Notes: generated from the letters alone by a model not told the origin. DNA of 64,000 nt from a virus (IMGVR_UViG_3300020478_000007:54-64053); one strand, 5' to 3'. Numbered from the stretch's first letter, positions 9,788-20,942 are shown. Numbers and translations: made by a program.

Positions 9788-10027
9788 TTACAGTGAATCG
9801 AGTTTTGCTTTAGCGGCAGACCACTTTGAGAGTGTTCCTTCTAAGGCAACCTCATTCAGGTTCTTGTTACCGTACTCATCAGCGACTGCTTTAAAATCCA
9901 CTGAAAGATCATCGGGGTCAATACCTATACGCCATGATGCTTCGTGAATTTCGTTCTCGATAGCAGCAAGTGCTCGTTGCAGCATTGACCTTTTGTCTGC
10001 GTTACTAAATGTTGTTGAGAAATCCAT
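9788..10027 (-). CDS. Hypothetical small helical protein
   Basis: GAGGA RBS; first gene of the reverse operon. Confidence 0.7.
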   Translation of the reverse strand: MDFSTTFSNADKRSMLQRALAAIENEIHEASWRIGIDPDDLSVDFKAVADEYGNKNLNEVALEGTLSKWSAAKAKLDSL

Positions 10028-10196
10028 TCCTCATCCTTCGGCCAAATCGGGGTTTCTAACGGCTACGTTATCAGCGACTATTTAGTTTAGTTTAGAGGCT
10101 AAACGTATAGTCACTCTTTACCCTCTCTCACCCTTTACATATGGTGAGACAGAATAGTAATAACTAACAGGCCGACTATCCCGCAAGGAGTTACAC

Positions 10197-10763
10197 ATGG
10201 CCGCTTCACAAAGCGCAATTACCTTCGACGTGAAGGACTGCAAGGTCTACGAGATCACCGCTGACGCAAGCGGTAGTGCAACGACCTTCGGTACTGGCGT
10301 CGATGTCCCCGGTATCCAGGAAGTATCCCTGGAGCCAAACTTTATAACCAATGAGTTGAAAGGTGACGGCGGTGTTGTTCTTGCCAAGAAGGGTAAGATC
10401 GACCGTCTCAACTTCTCATGTACATACAGCGAACTTTCCATGACAGTTCTTTCTGTTCTACTTGGACAGACAATAACTGAGGCTGGAACAGGCACATCAG
10501 AAACAGCACTTTTGCCTATCGATGACACCTCGCTTCCGTACTTCAAGGTTGGTTTCCTGATTGACGATCTACAGACATCTGGAGATTCTCTTGCCACCGT
10601 TTTGGTGACATTGCAGAAATGCCAGTTGACTGGTGGTTCGTTGGTATCAGGTTCTACTGACACCTTCAACACTCCGAACTTCACCGCTGAGGCTATTAAG
10701 CCTGCCGGTACACCAGTTCGGTACGGAGCAATATCATTCGCTGAAACAGCAGAATCGCTCTAA
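10197..10763 (+). CDS. Major tail (tube) protein
   Basis: Beta-rich ~190 aa, NELKGDGG motif, AAGGAG RBS, upstream of chaperone and tape measure. Confidence 0.8.
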   Translation: MAASQSAITFDVKDCKVYEITADASGSATTFGTGVDVPGIQEVSLEPNFITNELKGDGGVVLAKKGKIDRLNFSCTYSELSMTVLSVLLGQTITEAGTGTSETALLPIDDTSLPYFKVGFLIDDLQTSGDSLATVLVTLQKCQLTGGSLVSGSTDTFNTPNFTAEAIKPAGTPVRYGAISFAETAESL

Positions 10764-10797
10764 ATAACTAAAAAACCGAATTAAAAGCGGGATTTTA

Positions 10798-10831
10798 AGA
10801 GGACGACAGCCTGTGAGGGCTGTCGTCCTCT
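10798..10831 (+). terminator. 14-bp perfect hairpin after the tail tube gene
   Basis: AGAGGACGACAGCC-TGTGAG-GGCTGTCGTCCTCT. Confidence 0.7.
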
Positions 10832-10855
10832 CGCGCTTGCGGTACATTAGTAAGT

Positions 10856-11395
10856 ATGGAATACACCGCTGAAATACTCAGGAATAAAGGTGTTCCCATT
10901 GAGGTAGCCGATGTAATCCACATCGATGGCGACTGGCCGCTCCAGTACACACCTGAAGGGGAACTAAAAACAGAAACCATCTACGTTAGATTCACACACA
11001 ATGTCATTGCTGATATTGAAGAATTATGGGGTGGGTTAGATAAATGGCAGGCACAAATGGAGACAAAGCCTGTTTCTACGTTACGGAGGATCCTTTCTCT
11101 TATAGAGAATGAGCCTTTAGAGGTAACTGGTGCCCGAATGATAGAAGGTCGTTTGCCCGAATACAGTAATGCGATTGGAGTAGCCTGGGCTATGGCAAAC
11201 GGCGTGGACCCCGAGATAGCGAGCCAACTTCTGGTAGAAGCGGAGATAGGGGTGGGCTCGCAGATACAGATGCTGAACGAGGAACTGAAGGAAAATCTCG
11301 TTGGGAATACCCTTGGGCAAGAGCCATCGCAGCCTGGTGCCAAACAGGACAAAGATACGGAGACTTCTGGGACGCCAGCCCAGCCCAAGTCATAG
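10856..11395 (+). CDS. Tail assembly chaperone (short form)
   Basis: Position between tube and tape measure. Confidence 0.75.
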   Translation: MEYTAEILRNKGVPIEVADVIHIDGDWPLQYTPEGELKTETIYVRFTHNVIADIEELWGGLDKWQAQMETKPVSTLRRILSLIENEPLEVTGARMIEGRLPEYSNAIGVAWAMANGVDPEIASQLLVEAEIGVGSQIQMLNEELKENLVGNTLGQEPSQPGAKQDKDTETSGTPAQPKS

Positions 11396-11526
11396 CCGCT
11401 GTTTCTGTTGAGGACAGTAAGACTAAAAAAACCAAGGATGTCACTGAGGTACAGAGATTCGCTGCCTCATTGGGCGGAGGATTGGTAAAAGACACGTTTG
11501 ACCCCAGCAACCCGTTTGGAGATTAG
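10856..11526 (+). CDS. Tail assembly chaperone, -1 frameshift long form
   Basis: -1 frame reads YPWARAIAAWCQTGQRYGDFWDASPAQV...NPFGD* to 11526; slippery candidates G-GAA-AAT (11290) or T-GGG-AAT (11302). Confidence 0.65.
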
Positions 11527-11550
11527 CGAAATCAGTAGAAGAATGGTGTA

Positions 11551-14500
11551 ATGGCCGTCCAGTTACCACCTCTTGTGCAAACTATTGTCCTTGACCCCAC
11601 TGGGGTTAAGGCAGGTGCTGGCGCATTCGCTAAATCGATGGGCAGTGTTAATAAAGCAACCGATGCCGCTAACACTGGCATGCTTGGTTTAGGGAACAAC
11701 TTAAGTACTGTTGCTTTCCGTGCCCAAACTGCGGGTAGAGCCCTCCGTAACAAATTAGGGTTGCCTCTCGTCGCGATAGGTGCTCTTGCGGCTAAGTCGT
11801 TTGCCGATTTTGAAGCGACTATGACTCGCATTGAGTCTTTGGTGGGCATTTCTGCTGCGGGTGTTTCTAAATTCGCTGACTCTGTTCAAGAGGTTTCACG
11901 GGAAACTGGTCGAGGCCCTAAAGAATTAGCAGAAGCCATGTTCTTTATTTCATCTGCTGGTTTGCGTGGTGCTGCGGCAACAGACGTTTTAAATAACTCT
12001 GCGAGAGCAGCGGCCCTCGGGCTTGGCCAAACAAAAGTAGTTGCTGATGCTGCTACTTCAGCGATTAACGCTTATGGCATTGAAAACTTAGGGGCTTCAC
12101 AAGCCACGGATGTTCTTGTTGCTGCTGTACGTGAAGGTAAAGTCGAAGCCGACCGTTTAGCGCCTGCTATTGGTAAAGCAATCCCGGTTGCTTCTGCTAT
12201 GGGAATCGAATTCCACGAAGTCGCAGCGGCTATTGCTTCTATGACCCGTACTGGTACTGACGCTAGAACGTCAGCCATTCAGTTGCGGCAGATTATGCAG
12301 TCACTTTTAGATCCTTCTAGGCAAGCAACAAAAGCCCTAAAAGAAATGGGTGTCGCTGAAGGCGAGTTGCGTAGACAAGCAGACGAAGAAGGTCTTTTAG
12401 CGGTTCTTAAACGGTTAAGAGATCTTTCAATAGAAAACGCTGATGCTTTCGCTGATGTGTTCCCTAACGTTCGTGCTTTGGCTGGTGCTTTGGATATCAC
12501 GGGTGCGAACTTGGAGGAAAACGAAGGCATTTTCCGTGCTTTGGCTAACTCCACTGGTGACACCGCAGAGGGTTATGCGAAAGTACAGAAAACCATAAGG
12601 CAACAGGTCCTTGAAGCGTTTGCCAAACTGCAAAACGCGATGATTGACCTTGGTAAAAGCATGGGGCCTTTGGTTGATGTGTTTGTTTTCTTCGTTGAAA
12701 AAGCCGCTGCGTTGATTCAGTTCTTCGCTGATAACAAATGGGCGACTGCGACAGTTGCTGTTTTTGCTGCTTTAGCAGTAACCGTAGGAACATTGGCTAC
12801 TGGTTTTGCTGTTGCGGCGCAAATGGTCATTGGGTTCAAAACAGTTATGACGTCGACAATCGCTACGGCTACCGTTTTGGGCACACAATTAACTGCTTTG
12901 AAACTTGCGATGATCTCAACTGGTATCGGGGCTTTGATTGTAGGACTTGGAACCGCTCTTGCTTTCGTTATGAAATTTGGGAAGGGTTCTAAATCTGCTG
13001 CTAAAGAAGCGGCTGAACTTCGGCTGGCGATAGATGACATCAGGATGGTCGCTGGTAGAGCAGTTAAACCTCTGATCGAGATGGGCGGTGCGTTACAAGG
13101 TCTTTCTAGTCACGCTGATCCGACTGTCAAAGCGTTCTTTGACACCTACGCAGATGCAATAAACGATGCTAAAAGTTTAGGCGACGACATTGCCCGACTC
13201 CAGGCTGAAGATTCACTTTTACAAATGTTCTTTGGCTCTGGGGACACTGAAGAGAATAGAAAAGCGTTGGACACGATTGTTAAGAATCTTCAATTGTCAC
13301 TGCGGGATTTCGAGTTATTCGACCGCTTGTTCGAAGGCGGAGATGTCAGTTTTGAGGAAGCCTTTACGGCTTTCCTTATTGGTGAAGATACAGCGGCGCA
13401 AACGAGGCGTGCTATAAGAACGATGACAGATCGTGTAATAGCAACAACAGATGATGTTTTCAAAGAAATGGGCGAGTCCCTTGCATTTGAGAGAGAAAAG
13501 AATCCTGCTTTTGATTCTGTAGAGTGGCTTAATTTACCTTCAGAAGAAGAGTTAGGTCAGGAACTCGCTGGGCTCAATGCCTTTATGGATAACGACCTTA
13601 CAGATGCGTTAGAAGTGCCAGCCAGAATATTGGATCAGGCTATGCGTTCAGGTAGAACTCAAGAGTTTTCGTCACTTTGGGAATCAATCATGACGCAAGC
13701 CGGTCAGCATGCTCACCTGTTTGGGTTGACCACAGAAGAGATGCGAATGATGGTCGAAACCAATCTGATGTCGGCAATCCATTTAATGGATGACTTCACG
13801 GAAGACACAGGTCGCGGTTTAGACACTCTTCAAGGCATGCTTTTAGCCATCGCTGGCTCAGACGCTGATACCCGTGACTTTTTATTAGCCAAATTTGATG
13901 AAAGTGGCGCCGAGTGGTGGACGCACATGGCCGAGGCTTACGAAAAAAGTCTAAGAATGTTAGAACGTGAAAGACATGAACATGAAGGCATGCTCGACCC
14001 TCTGAATAGACACAACGAGGCTTTGCGTTTAGCGGGTTGGGAAGTCGAGGGTGTGGCTAAAAAACAACAGGGGTTGAATAACGTCACAGAAAAGTACGAA
14101 GAGATAATGCAAGATGTTCTTGACGACATGGCTACCGGTTTCGAAACCGCCAACAAAAACATTAAAGAGTTCCAAAGACGATGGGACATGCTTATTGGGA
14201 CTTCAACCGATTTCAATGCTTTGCAAAGAGAATTTCGTCAAGGTCAAACAGATCTCAAAGAAGCATTTGACGCCCTCGGTGGGGCTTCTCTGTTCAACCA
14301 ATCTCCTGCTGCTGATGCAGCGAATGAGGCTTTAGAAGATCAAATTAACTTGGCTGGCGAATTCGCCGCTGAAGTTTTTGGTGCTACTAATGACATGGAA
14401 CAAGCCGAAGCAGCACTAATGAGTTACCTTGATGCAATTGCTCGTGTCGCTGCTGGCACTGGTGTGAACATGGATGAGTTCACTGAGATGATGGCTGGGC

Positions 14501-15873
14501 TTCAACTAACGCCTGAAAGTCTCCAAGTCATAACAGCAGATGCTAATGATCCTGCTACAGCGGCTCTCATTGAGAGAGCCAGTAATATGAAAAAACTTGG
14601 TGTTTCTCATTTCGGGCCAGCAGGTGAAGTTCTTGGTGAAGCACTGGGTGACGGTGTCTCGATGGGGATTTTCAATTCTGATGGGGAGTTGATTGACTCG
14701 GGTATCGGGTTGATGAACCGTCTAATCACACGTTTGATGGAATTCGCTGGTATATCTAGCCCCTCTCAATTGACTAAAAAAGAAATCGGTGAACCGATTG
14801 TTACTGGCATCATTCTTGGGATAGAAGAAAAACGACAAGATCTTGTTAATGCGACAAGAGAAGCAGTTGAGTTGGCTCTAAACGGGGCGAAACGTCGGGT
14901 GACGGCTGTGATGGCTGCTATCCGTGCTGAACTTGACATGCAAGACGCTCAAGCCAGAATTAACAAATTGACACGAGACACGGCTGGTTCAGGAATATCT
15001 AGGCGTGAAGAACTCATGGGCAAAATATTGGGTCGCCGTGTTAAAGAAGCGAAACGTGCGATGCGTTTAGGCCAAGGCCATTTAGATGAACTTCAATTGG
15101 CTGTTTTAGATGCCGAAAATGCTCAAGAAGACTTTGATCAAGAAGCACGTTCAGGTTCTGAACTCCAAAGAGCGCAGGTTGCGTTAATGCAATCTGGGTT
15201 TGATGCTGCGGAAGCCCAAGCGAAAATGAGGATGGAAGGCGAATCCGCTATAGGCATGTTTAAAGAGTTGGCTACCACTATGGGAATAGCGGTAGGTGGG
15301 ATCAACCAATTGTTAGATACTGGTTCTGACCCTAACGACATGTTGTCAAAGATTTTCAGTGAAGACATGATTGAAAAAATTGAATTCGCTGCGACAGAAA
15401 TGGCTTGGATCAAAGAAAAAGCAGAAGAACTTTCTAATGTGACACCGCCGTGGGCGAAATGGGCTTTCCCTGATTTCGCTTTCGAACTGGGCCAAGCAAA
15501 TGCACCAACTAATGTAAATAGCGGTGGGACTGGGCTGACTCAATCAGACTTACTAGGGGTAAACCCTGGTCAATCTTTAGCAATGACCGGCAGTGTAGAT
15601 TTCGCTGGGATGAGCGCTGGCACCGCAGGTCAGTACACGACACTGCCAGTTAATTCACAAACATCAAATGATGTAATTGTCCAAGGTGACCTCGTTAACA
15701 ACTTTGGCAGCGCTCCTGAAGATCCTGATGCCTGGGCATCGTCAATTAAGAACAAGGTAAGAGAGGGACACTTTAGCGACAGCCCAGAAGTACGAAGTGC
15801 TGTTGGCGCTGCTACCGGTGCTCAGGTTAGTAACCAGTGGGGTTGGGTTGATGGATTTGGAGGTTATGGATAA
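11551..15873 (+). CDS. Tail tape measure protein
   Basis: 1440 aa Ala-rich helical; TP901-type core (ADFEATMTRI, ELAEAMFFISSAG); GISSPS motif. Confidence 0.95.
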   Translation: MAVQLPPLVQTIVLDPTGVKAGAGAFAKSMGSVNKATDAANTGMLGLGNNLSTVAFRAQTAGRALRNKLGLPLVAIGALAAKSFADFEATMTRIESLVGISAAGVSKFADSVQEVSRETGRGPKELAEAMFFISSAGLRGAAATDVLNNSARAAALGLGQTKVVADAATSAINAYGIENLGASQATDVLVAAVREGKVEADRLAPAIGKAIPVASAMGIEFHEVAAAIASMTRTGTDARTSAIQLRQIMQSLLDPSRQATKALKEMGVAEGELRRQADEEGLLAVLKRLRDLSIENADAFADVFPNVRALAGALDITGANLEENEGIFRALANSTGDTAEGYAKVQKTIRQQVLEAFAKLQNAMIDLGKSMGPLVDVFVFFVEKAAALIQFFADNKWATATVAVFAALAVTVGTLATGFAVAAQMVIGFKTVMTSTIATATVLGTQLTALKLAMISTGIGALIVGLGTALAFVMKFGKGSKSAAKEAAELRLAIDDIRMVAGRAVKPLIEMGGALQGLSSHADPTVKAFFDTYADAINDAKSLGDDIARLQAEDSLLQMFFGSGDTEENRKALDTIVKNLQLSLRDFELFDRLFEGGDVSFEEAFTAFLIGEDTAAQTRRAIRTMTDRVIATTDDVFKEMGESLAFEREKNPAFDSVEWLNLPSEEELGQELAGLNAFMDNDLTDALEVPARILDQAMRSGRTQEFSSLWESIMTQAGQHAHLFGLTTEEMRMMVETNLMSAIHLMDDFTEDTGRGLDTLQGMLLAIAGSDADTRDFLLAKFDESGAEWWTHMAEAYEKSLRMLERERHEHEGMLDPLNRHNEALRLAGWEVEGVAKKQQGLNNVTEKYEEIMQDVLDDMATGFETANKNIKEFQRRWDMLIGTSTDFNALQREFRQGQTDLKEAFDALGGASLFNQSPAADAANEALEDQINLAGEFAAEVFGATNDMEQAEAALMSYLDAIARVAAGTGVNMDEFTEMMAGLQLTPESLQVITADANDPATAALIERASNMKKLGVSHFGPAGEVLGEALGDGVSMGIFNSDGELIDSGIGLMNRLITRLMEFAGISSPSQLTKKEIGEPIVTGIILGIEEKRQDLVNATREAVELALNGAKRRVTAVMAAIRAELDMQDAQARINKLTRDTAGSGISRREELMGKILGRRVKEAKRAMRLGQGHLDELQLAVLDAENAQEDFDQEARSGSELQRAQVALMQSGFDAAEAQAKMRMEGESAIGMFKELATTMGIAVGGINQLLDTGSDPNDMLSKIFSEDMIEKIEFAATEMAWIKEKAEELSNVTPPWAKWAFPDFAFELGQANAPTNVNSGGTGLTQSDLLGVNPGQSLAMTGSVDFAGMSAGTAGQYTTLPVNSQTSNDVIVQGDLVNNFGSAPEDPDAWASSIKNKVREGHFSDSPEVRSAVGAATGAQVSNQWGWVDGFGGYG

Positions 15874-16742
15874 TGCCTTTTAACGCGAACGGATATGTCG
15901 AGGCATACATGGTCAATGGCCAATCTATGGACACTTCACAATTCGCTATAGAAACAGTTCAAGAGTCACTACCTGTGATGCGGGGAGATAATGTCATCCC
16001 AGCAATGGATCACGGTGTTAGATGGCGTAGCAAAAGACTCGGCCCTCGAAGCGAAAATTGGGGTCTGTGGATTTGTGATGCAGAAACATCTAGTGGGCTA
16101 CCGCCATCTACAGAAGAAGGCAAACGGGCCCAATTCCACGCAAATTGGGATACCGTTATGGAAATCCTATTTACAACACATTTAGCCACAGGTTACGACG
16201 CCCCTCTGCAAGTCGTTCGGAAAATGAAGAAGGATACGTCAACACCTACGAATGCTTCTTACATGGTTAATTATGGTGAAGTGTTGGGCAGTATAAGCGT
16301 TGATGATTACCGTCCATGGGCTTGGGCTCGTTTTAACGTGAATGTCGGTTATATGGATCCCCGTTGGTATGAATGCAATTCGACTGGAACAAAAACTGAC
16401 ACTGCGATAAATGCTGGTACTACCAATGTGGGTGGAACAGCGTTGATGACAAAAATGACAATAAGATTGACAGCCGATAGTGGCGCAGTGACAGGTGCCT
16501 ATGCGGAGAACCAAACAACTGGAAGCAAAATAGGTATTGGGGATCTTGCTAGTGGGGAATATGTAGATATAAACACATCTACTTTTGTGGCTACTTCAAG
16601 CACTAATGGTGATGTCACAGGAAAGGTTGATCGAACGGGCTCAACGACCAGCGACTGGTTCCAGTTAAGGCCGAACGTAGATAACGTATTGGCCACTAAC
16701 GCAGGGACTCTTACGGTTACATATACCAAGGCGTTTATGTAA
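15873..16742 (+). CDS. Distal tail protein (Dit-like)
   Basis: Directly after tape measure; DPRWY and WFQLRPNVDN motifs. Confidence 0.8.
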   Translation: MPFNANGYVEAYMVNGQSMDTSQFAIETVQESLPVMRGDNVIPAMDHGVRWRSKRLGPRSENWGLWICDAETSSGLPPSTEEGKRAQFHANWDTVMEILFTTHLATGYDAPLQVVRKMKKDTSTPTNASYMVNYGEVLGSISVDDYRPWAWARFNVNVGYMDPRWYECNSTGTKTDTAINAGTTNVGGTALMTKMTIRLTADSGAVTGAYAENQTTGSKIGIGDLASGEYVDINTSTFVATSSTNGDVTGKVDRTGSTTSDWFQLRPNVDNVLATNAGTLTVTYTKAFM

Positions 16743-19700
16743 TGGCTGTCGACACACCGTGGGATATACGGATTGTCAACATAACAGATCTCACAACAGT
16801 TGCTTATGTCCCAGTTTGGGAGCAATGCAGTTGGAGTGACCTGGTTGATAACTTCGGAAGTGGGTCAATAACTTTCGACTTTGATGAGGATTGGGTCACT
16901 GCTTTTAAAACGGCGAATGGTGCTTACCCTTGGGAAAAGAATTACGGCGTTCAAATTCTTCGCAACGGCTCAGTAATTTTCACTTTCATAATCGAAGAAT
17001 CAGAAATCGAATATGCGGGTTTGAATAGACGCCGCGCAATCATGGGAGGCCGTTCTTTAGCGGCTTGCCTTGAATGGGCGATCGTTTTACCAGATGGTTT
17101 CGATGAATCTCTTTCGGATCCTGACGCAGATACTACGGCCATTGTTCTCAACCGTGGCTTCGGCGATGTTGGAACTGACGCAGAAATAGACGCAGGCGCA
17201 ACTATCGATAACCCGACTCACAAGGGTTATGGCGGTGGTGCTTTTGTTTACTTGTTCAATGAGGCAGACACAGGCAACGCTCAAACATGGACGGATGTCG
17301 CCACAGACACTGCAAGCCGTAACGGCTCTGCTGTCACATGGCCTCTTTCGCTTAATTCAAATCTGTCTCATACAAATGATTCGAATGGTAATGCGTGGAG
17401 TCACACGGGGATTTACCCGTCAATTGACACGACGTTTTTGTTCACCATCCCCGCTGGCCAACACATGTTGGATGTTCTCAAAGCATGTGCGGGTTTGCAG
17501 GCCAATTGCCAATGGTATGTTGGCCCAACTGGCGAAATCACTCTCGCTAAGTCGATTGGGACTGACAGAACAAGCACTGTTTTCTTAAGTATCCCGAATG
17601 CCGTTCGTTCCTCTAACTCTTTGAATCGCAATGATCTCCGCAGTCGTTTATATGCGTCTAATGGGTATCTTTTCGAACCAAGGACTGATTCAACAGCGAA
17701 TTCGACTTATGGCCGTCGCGAAGGCTACCTTCAAACTGATCAAAGCCAAGGGGAAACAGTTGGGGAAGCCGCTGGTCATGCTTTAAGCGAGGTCGCTAGC
17801 CAACTTGATGAATATTCCTTCGCTTATGTAGAGAGCGACAACACACAAGCATGGATCGATTTTCAAATTTCTGACACTGTTCGGATCGAATACGAACCAG
17901 GTGTCGCACAGAACAGGCAAATTACGGGCCTGTCAGGGCAAATCAGCCCTACTTCTCAAAGCATAGAAGTAACAGTCGGTGACATTATCGAGAACAAGAT
18001 CGGTCAGTTGGAACGAGAGCAGCAAAACAATGCTTTCTCTGATCGGATAACAAACACTGTCGCTGGGATGCTCTCTAAAGATAAGTCAAAGAAACCGAAG
18101 CCTGACACGCCTCGGAATCTGACTGCCACACCATTTGTTGAAGGCACCACTCGTGGTGTTTCGTTGGCATGGAAGCGTCCTCTTACTTGGGAAAACACGG
18201 TTACTGGCTATGAGGCTCGTGTTTGGAACACAACAACTAACAAAGTTTTTGTTGAAAGTCCGAATAATGACCCCTCTACTGAAAATCAGGGTGTTGATGT
18301 TCTTGGGTTAGGTATTAAGGGGGGCACCTATAAAGCCAAGGTTCGTTCTGTTGGCGAGAATGGTGTCAGTGATTGGACTGCTGAAGTTCAATTCACAATG
18401 ACCGCCGCTGATGAAGGCACTGCTACAGACCCTGAAAAGCCAGCAACGGTTACTGGGGTAACACTCCACGGGATGTTGAACGCAATTTATTTGACGTTCA
18501 ACGATGAAACTCTCGGCACTAAACAGTCGATGAGTGGTAACCGAGGCAAGTATGAGATCCAAGTCTCGAACGCTTCAGGTGGTTTCAATGAGACTACAGG
18601 CAACGAATGGTCTAAAAACATTGACAGTAACGGTGTCGCAGGTAACACGAGCACCGCTGCTCTAAAATTTATTGTCCCAACTGGGCAAGGGTTTATATGT
18701 ACGGGACTCCGGTCTGAAAGTGGGGGACGCACCCACTATGTGAGAGTTCGAGGTATCAACTGGGATGGCACTGAAGGCGATTGGTCTTCAACCATGTCAA
18801 TATCACTCGACACGGACAACAAGTCTCAGGTTGGTGTTTGGATTGGCGAAGAAGCCATTCACGCTAACCACATCAAGTCGGGCACGATCGAAACGACACA
18901 AATCAAAGCAGGAACGCTTCTTGCTAGCGATATTGACGCCGGTCAGGTCATGTCTTCCTCTATCAGGCTTCCTCAGCCCGCTGCGGCGGAAGCAGGTGAT
19001 GAGGTAGAGAGCGTTTGGTCTTTAAATATTGACCGTGAAGGCAACATTTGGGGCGGGGATTTCGCCACTTACGCTGACGCTGTTAGTGGAACACTTCGTT
19101 CTGGCGGTGCATCTGCTGATAACTGGCAGTTGCGTATCAAAGGCGATGGCACAGAATTCTTTGTTGGTCATCGGGATACTACGACTCCAGCCAATGAACA
19201 TTACCTGTGGTATGAAGGCAACGTTTATAACGCCACTGCCATTAAAGGTTCGTTGAGTCTTACTAACACTTCCCACTCCTTCACTGGCGGCGGTATGGAG
19301 TCAACAGACACCTACACGGCCTTCGGTAATGTCAACAAGATTGTTGTAACTTCCGCAGCAGACTCGAACATGGGTTACTCAGGTCACTCATTCCAGTTTG
19401 GTACTGCGACCAGTGGCGCAAGCGTGAACAGGTTCGGGGTCATTAAAGGTGGAAGCACCAGTATCGATATTGGCTTTGGTGCGATCACACGAGATGAACT
19501 TAGAATCGGTAGTCAAGACGCCAGCAACTATCTCGCGATTTACTCGGCTGCAAGCGGCGGCGCACCTAAATATGGTGCTCTGCTAATAGCAAAATCCTCA
19601 TCGTCTGCCTTAAACAGTATTGCGATAGAAGCCACAACTGATGTGGACATAAAAGCGACTGATGGCGAAGTCAAGATTGACGCCGATCAGGGCATTGAGG

Positions 19701-20926
19701 TTGTCGCTACAACAACTCCGTCCACAACTACGAACAAACTGTGGAACAACAGTGGGACTCTCACTTGGGGTACGACTGCTGTGGGTGGGGGTTCTGGCGC
19801 TAGTTGGTATTTCAAAGTCCAAAGCGATTCCGGCGAAGAGATCGCTGAAGCCGCTAACGATTTCATTGATTTGCAGTACCCAACTGCTAGCAGTACGAAA
19901 TCAATAACGATTACAAGATCTGGTAACACTGCGGTGTTCAGAAACGACGTTGCTAATCACACTGCTGCGAACTTGAACGCATTCTCTGGGGCTCCTTACA
20001 TGATTTGGGGTCTTGAATCTGGTGGCACTAACTACAACTGGAAAACCACAGTTAGTGCGATGATCACCTACATGACTGGGCTGGGTAACGGTGGCCTTAT
20101 GACTCAAAGCGGTGTTTATAACACTGCGAGTCTTGTAAACTACACCACTACTCCAAACATCTCGACCGTCGCTCACCCTGATAGTTACGCTGGTAGTTCT
20201 AACAATTCAGGTCAGACATTTATTCAAAGTTTGACGATTAACGGTCATGGACACGTAACAGGTATCAGCACCGGCGTAGCGTCTGGCGGCAGTTCGGGCA
20301 TAACATCAGTCACCGCTTCTAGTTCCTTTGGTTTATTCGCGACTACAACTGGCACGGCTGTGTCAATAGGTATCAACTGGGGCAGCATAAGCACGGCTGC
20401 TCCTGATTACACCAAAACCGTGCTGTACGACTATGGGTATGGGCTTACCTATAAATGTTCAATGCCCCAAGCCACAAGCGCAGGTATTTCTGCCAACTTA
20501 ACTATGGGAAGCACTACCTCATTCCCTTACTACATTACTTTTACTTCTGGCTCAATAAGGTATTACACCTCTCGTCTAGCCACGAAAGACCATATTACGA
20601 CGGTCGGCAAGGATGATGCCCTGGCACGTGTCAAAGCCTTGCGCCCTGTGAATTTTTTCTTTAATGATTCAATCGAGCCCGACAATGAAATGGCTAGATT
20701 CCATGCTCAACGAGGGTTTGTTGCAGAAGAAGTAGCGGCTGTTGACAAATCACTTGCTTCTTACGATTGGATTGACAGTAATGGTGAATCAATCAATGAC
20801 CCAGAAAAAGCCGGTAAAACACTCGATGATGCTGTCCCTGTTATGTATCAAATGCACGCGATATTGGCTGACGTAGTAGCAGCCTTACAACAAATGGAAA
20901 GCAGAATTGCTGCTTTGGAAGGATAG
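16742..20926 (+). CDS. Tail hub/host-recognition protein with FN3 domains and C-terminal S74 chaperone domain
   Basis: N-terminal hub (YGRREGY), PDTPRNLTA and YVRVRG FN3 motifs; C-terminal SRLATK...ALRPVNF...GFVAEEV...RIAALE. Confidence 0.85.
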   Translation: MAVDTPWDIRIVNITDLTTVAYVPVWEQCSWSDLVDNFGSGSITFDFDEDWVTAFKTANGAYPWEKNYGVQILRNGSVIFTFIIEESEIEYAGLNRRRAIMGGRSLAACLEWAIVLPDGFDESLSDPDADTTAIVLNRGFGDVGTDAEIDAGATIDNPTHKGYGGGAFVYLFNEADTGNAQTWTDVATDTASRNGSAVTWPLSLNSNLSHTNDSNGNAWSHTGIYPSIDTTFLFTIPAGQHMLDVLKACAGLQANCQWYVGPTGEITLAKSIGTDRTSTVFLSIPNAVRSSNSLNRNDLRSRLYASNGYLFEPRTDSTANSTYGRREGYLQTDQSQGETVGEAAGHALSEVASQLDEYSFAYVESDNTQAWIDFQISDTVRIEYEPGVAQNRQITGLSGQISPTSQSIEVTVGDIIENKIGQLEREQQNNAFSDRITNTVAGMLSKDKSKKPKPDTPRNLTATPFVEGTTRGVSLAWKRPLTWENTVTGYEARVWNTTTNKVFVESPNNDPSTENQGVDVLGLGIKGGTYKAKVRSVGENGVSDWTAEVQFTMTAADEGTATDPEKPATVTGVTLHGMLNAIYLTFNDETLGTKQSMSGNRGKYEIQVSNASGGFNETTGNEWSKNIDSNGVAGNTSTAALKFIVPTGQGFICTGLRSESGGRTHYVRVRGINWDGTEGDWSSTMSISLDTDNKSQVGVWIGEEAIHANHIKSGTIETTQIKAGTLLASDIDAGQVMSSSIRLPQPAAAEAGDEVESVWSLNIDREGNIWGGDFATYADAVSGTLRSGGASADNWQLRIKGDGTEFFVGHRDTTTPANEHYLWYEGNVYNATAIKGSLSLTNTSHSFTGGGMESTDTYTAFGNVNKIVVTSAADSNMGYSGHSFQFGTATSGASVNRFGVIKGGSTSIDIGFGAITRDELRIGSQDASNYLAIYSAASGGAPKYGALLIAKSSSSALNSIAIEATTDVDIKATDGEVKIDADQGIEVVATTTPSTTTNKLWNNSGTLTWGTTAVGGGSGASWYFKVQSDSGEEIAEAANDFIDLQYPTASSTKSITITRSGNTAVFRNDVANHTAANLNAFSGAPYMIWGLESGGTNYNWKTTVSAMITYMTGLGNGGLMTQSGVYNTASLVNYTTTPNISTVAHPDSYAGSSNNSGQTFIQSLTINGHGHVTGISTGVASGGSSGITSVTASSSFGLFATTTGTAVSIGINWGSISTAAPDYTKTVLYDYGYGLTYKCSMPQATSAGISANLTMGSTTSFPYYITFTSGSIRYYTSRLATKDHITTVGKDDALARVKALRPVNFFFNDSIEPDNEMARFHAQRGFVAEEVAAVDKSLASYDWIDSNGESINDPEKAGKTLDDAVPVMYQMHAILADVVAALQQMESRIAALEG

Positions 20927-20942
20927 GAGGTAGGATTTAACT

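Noticed and set aside
16742-20926. Diversity-generating retroelement target
   Set aside because: No reverse transcriptase or template/variable repeat pair noticed in the window.
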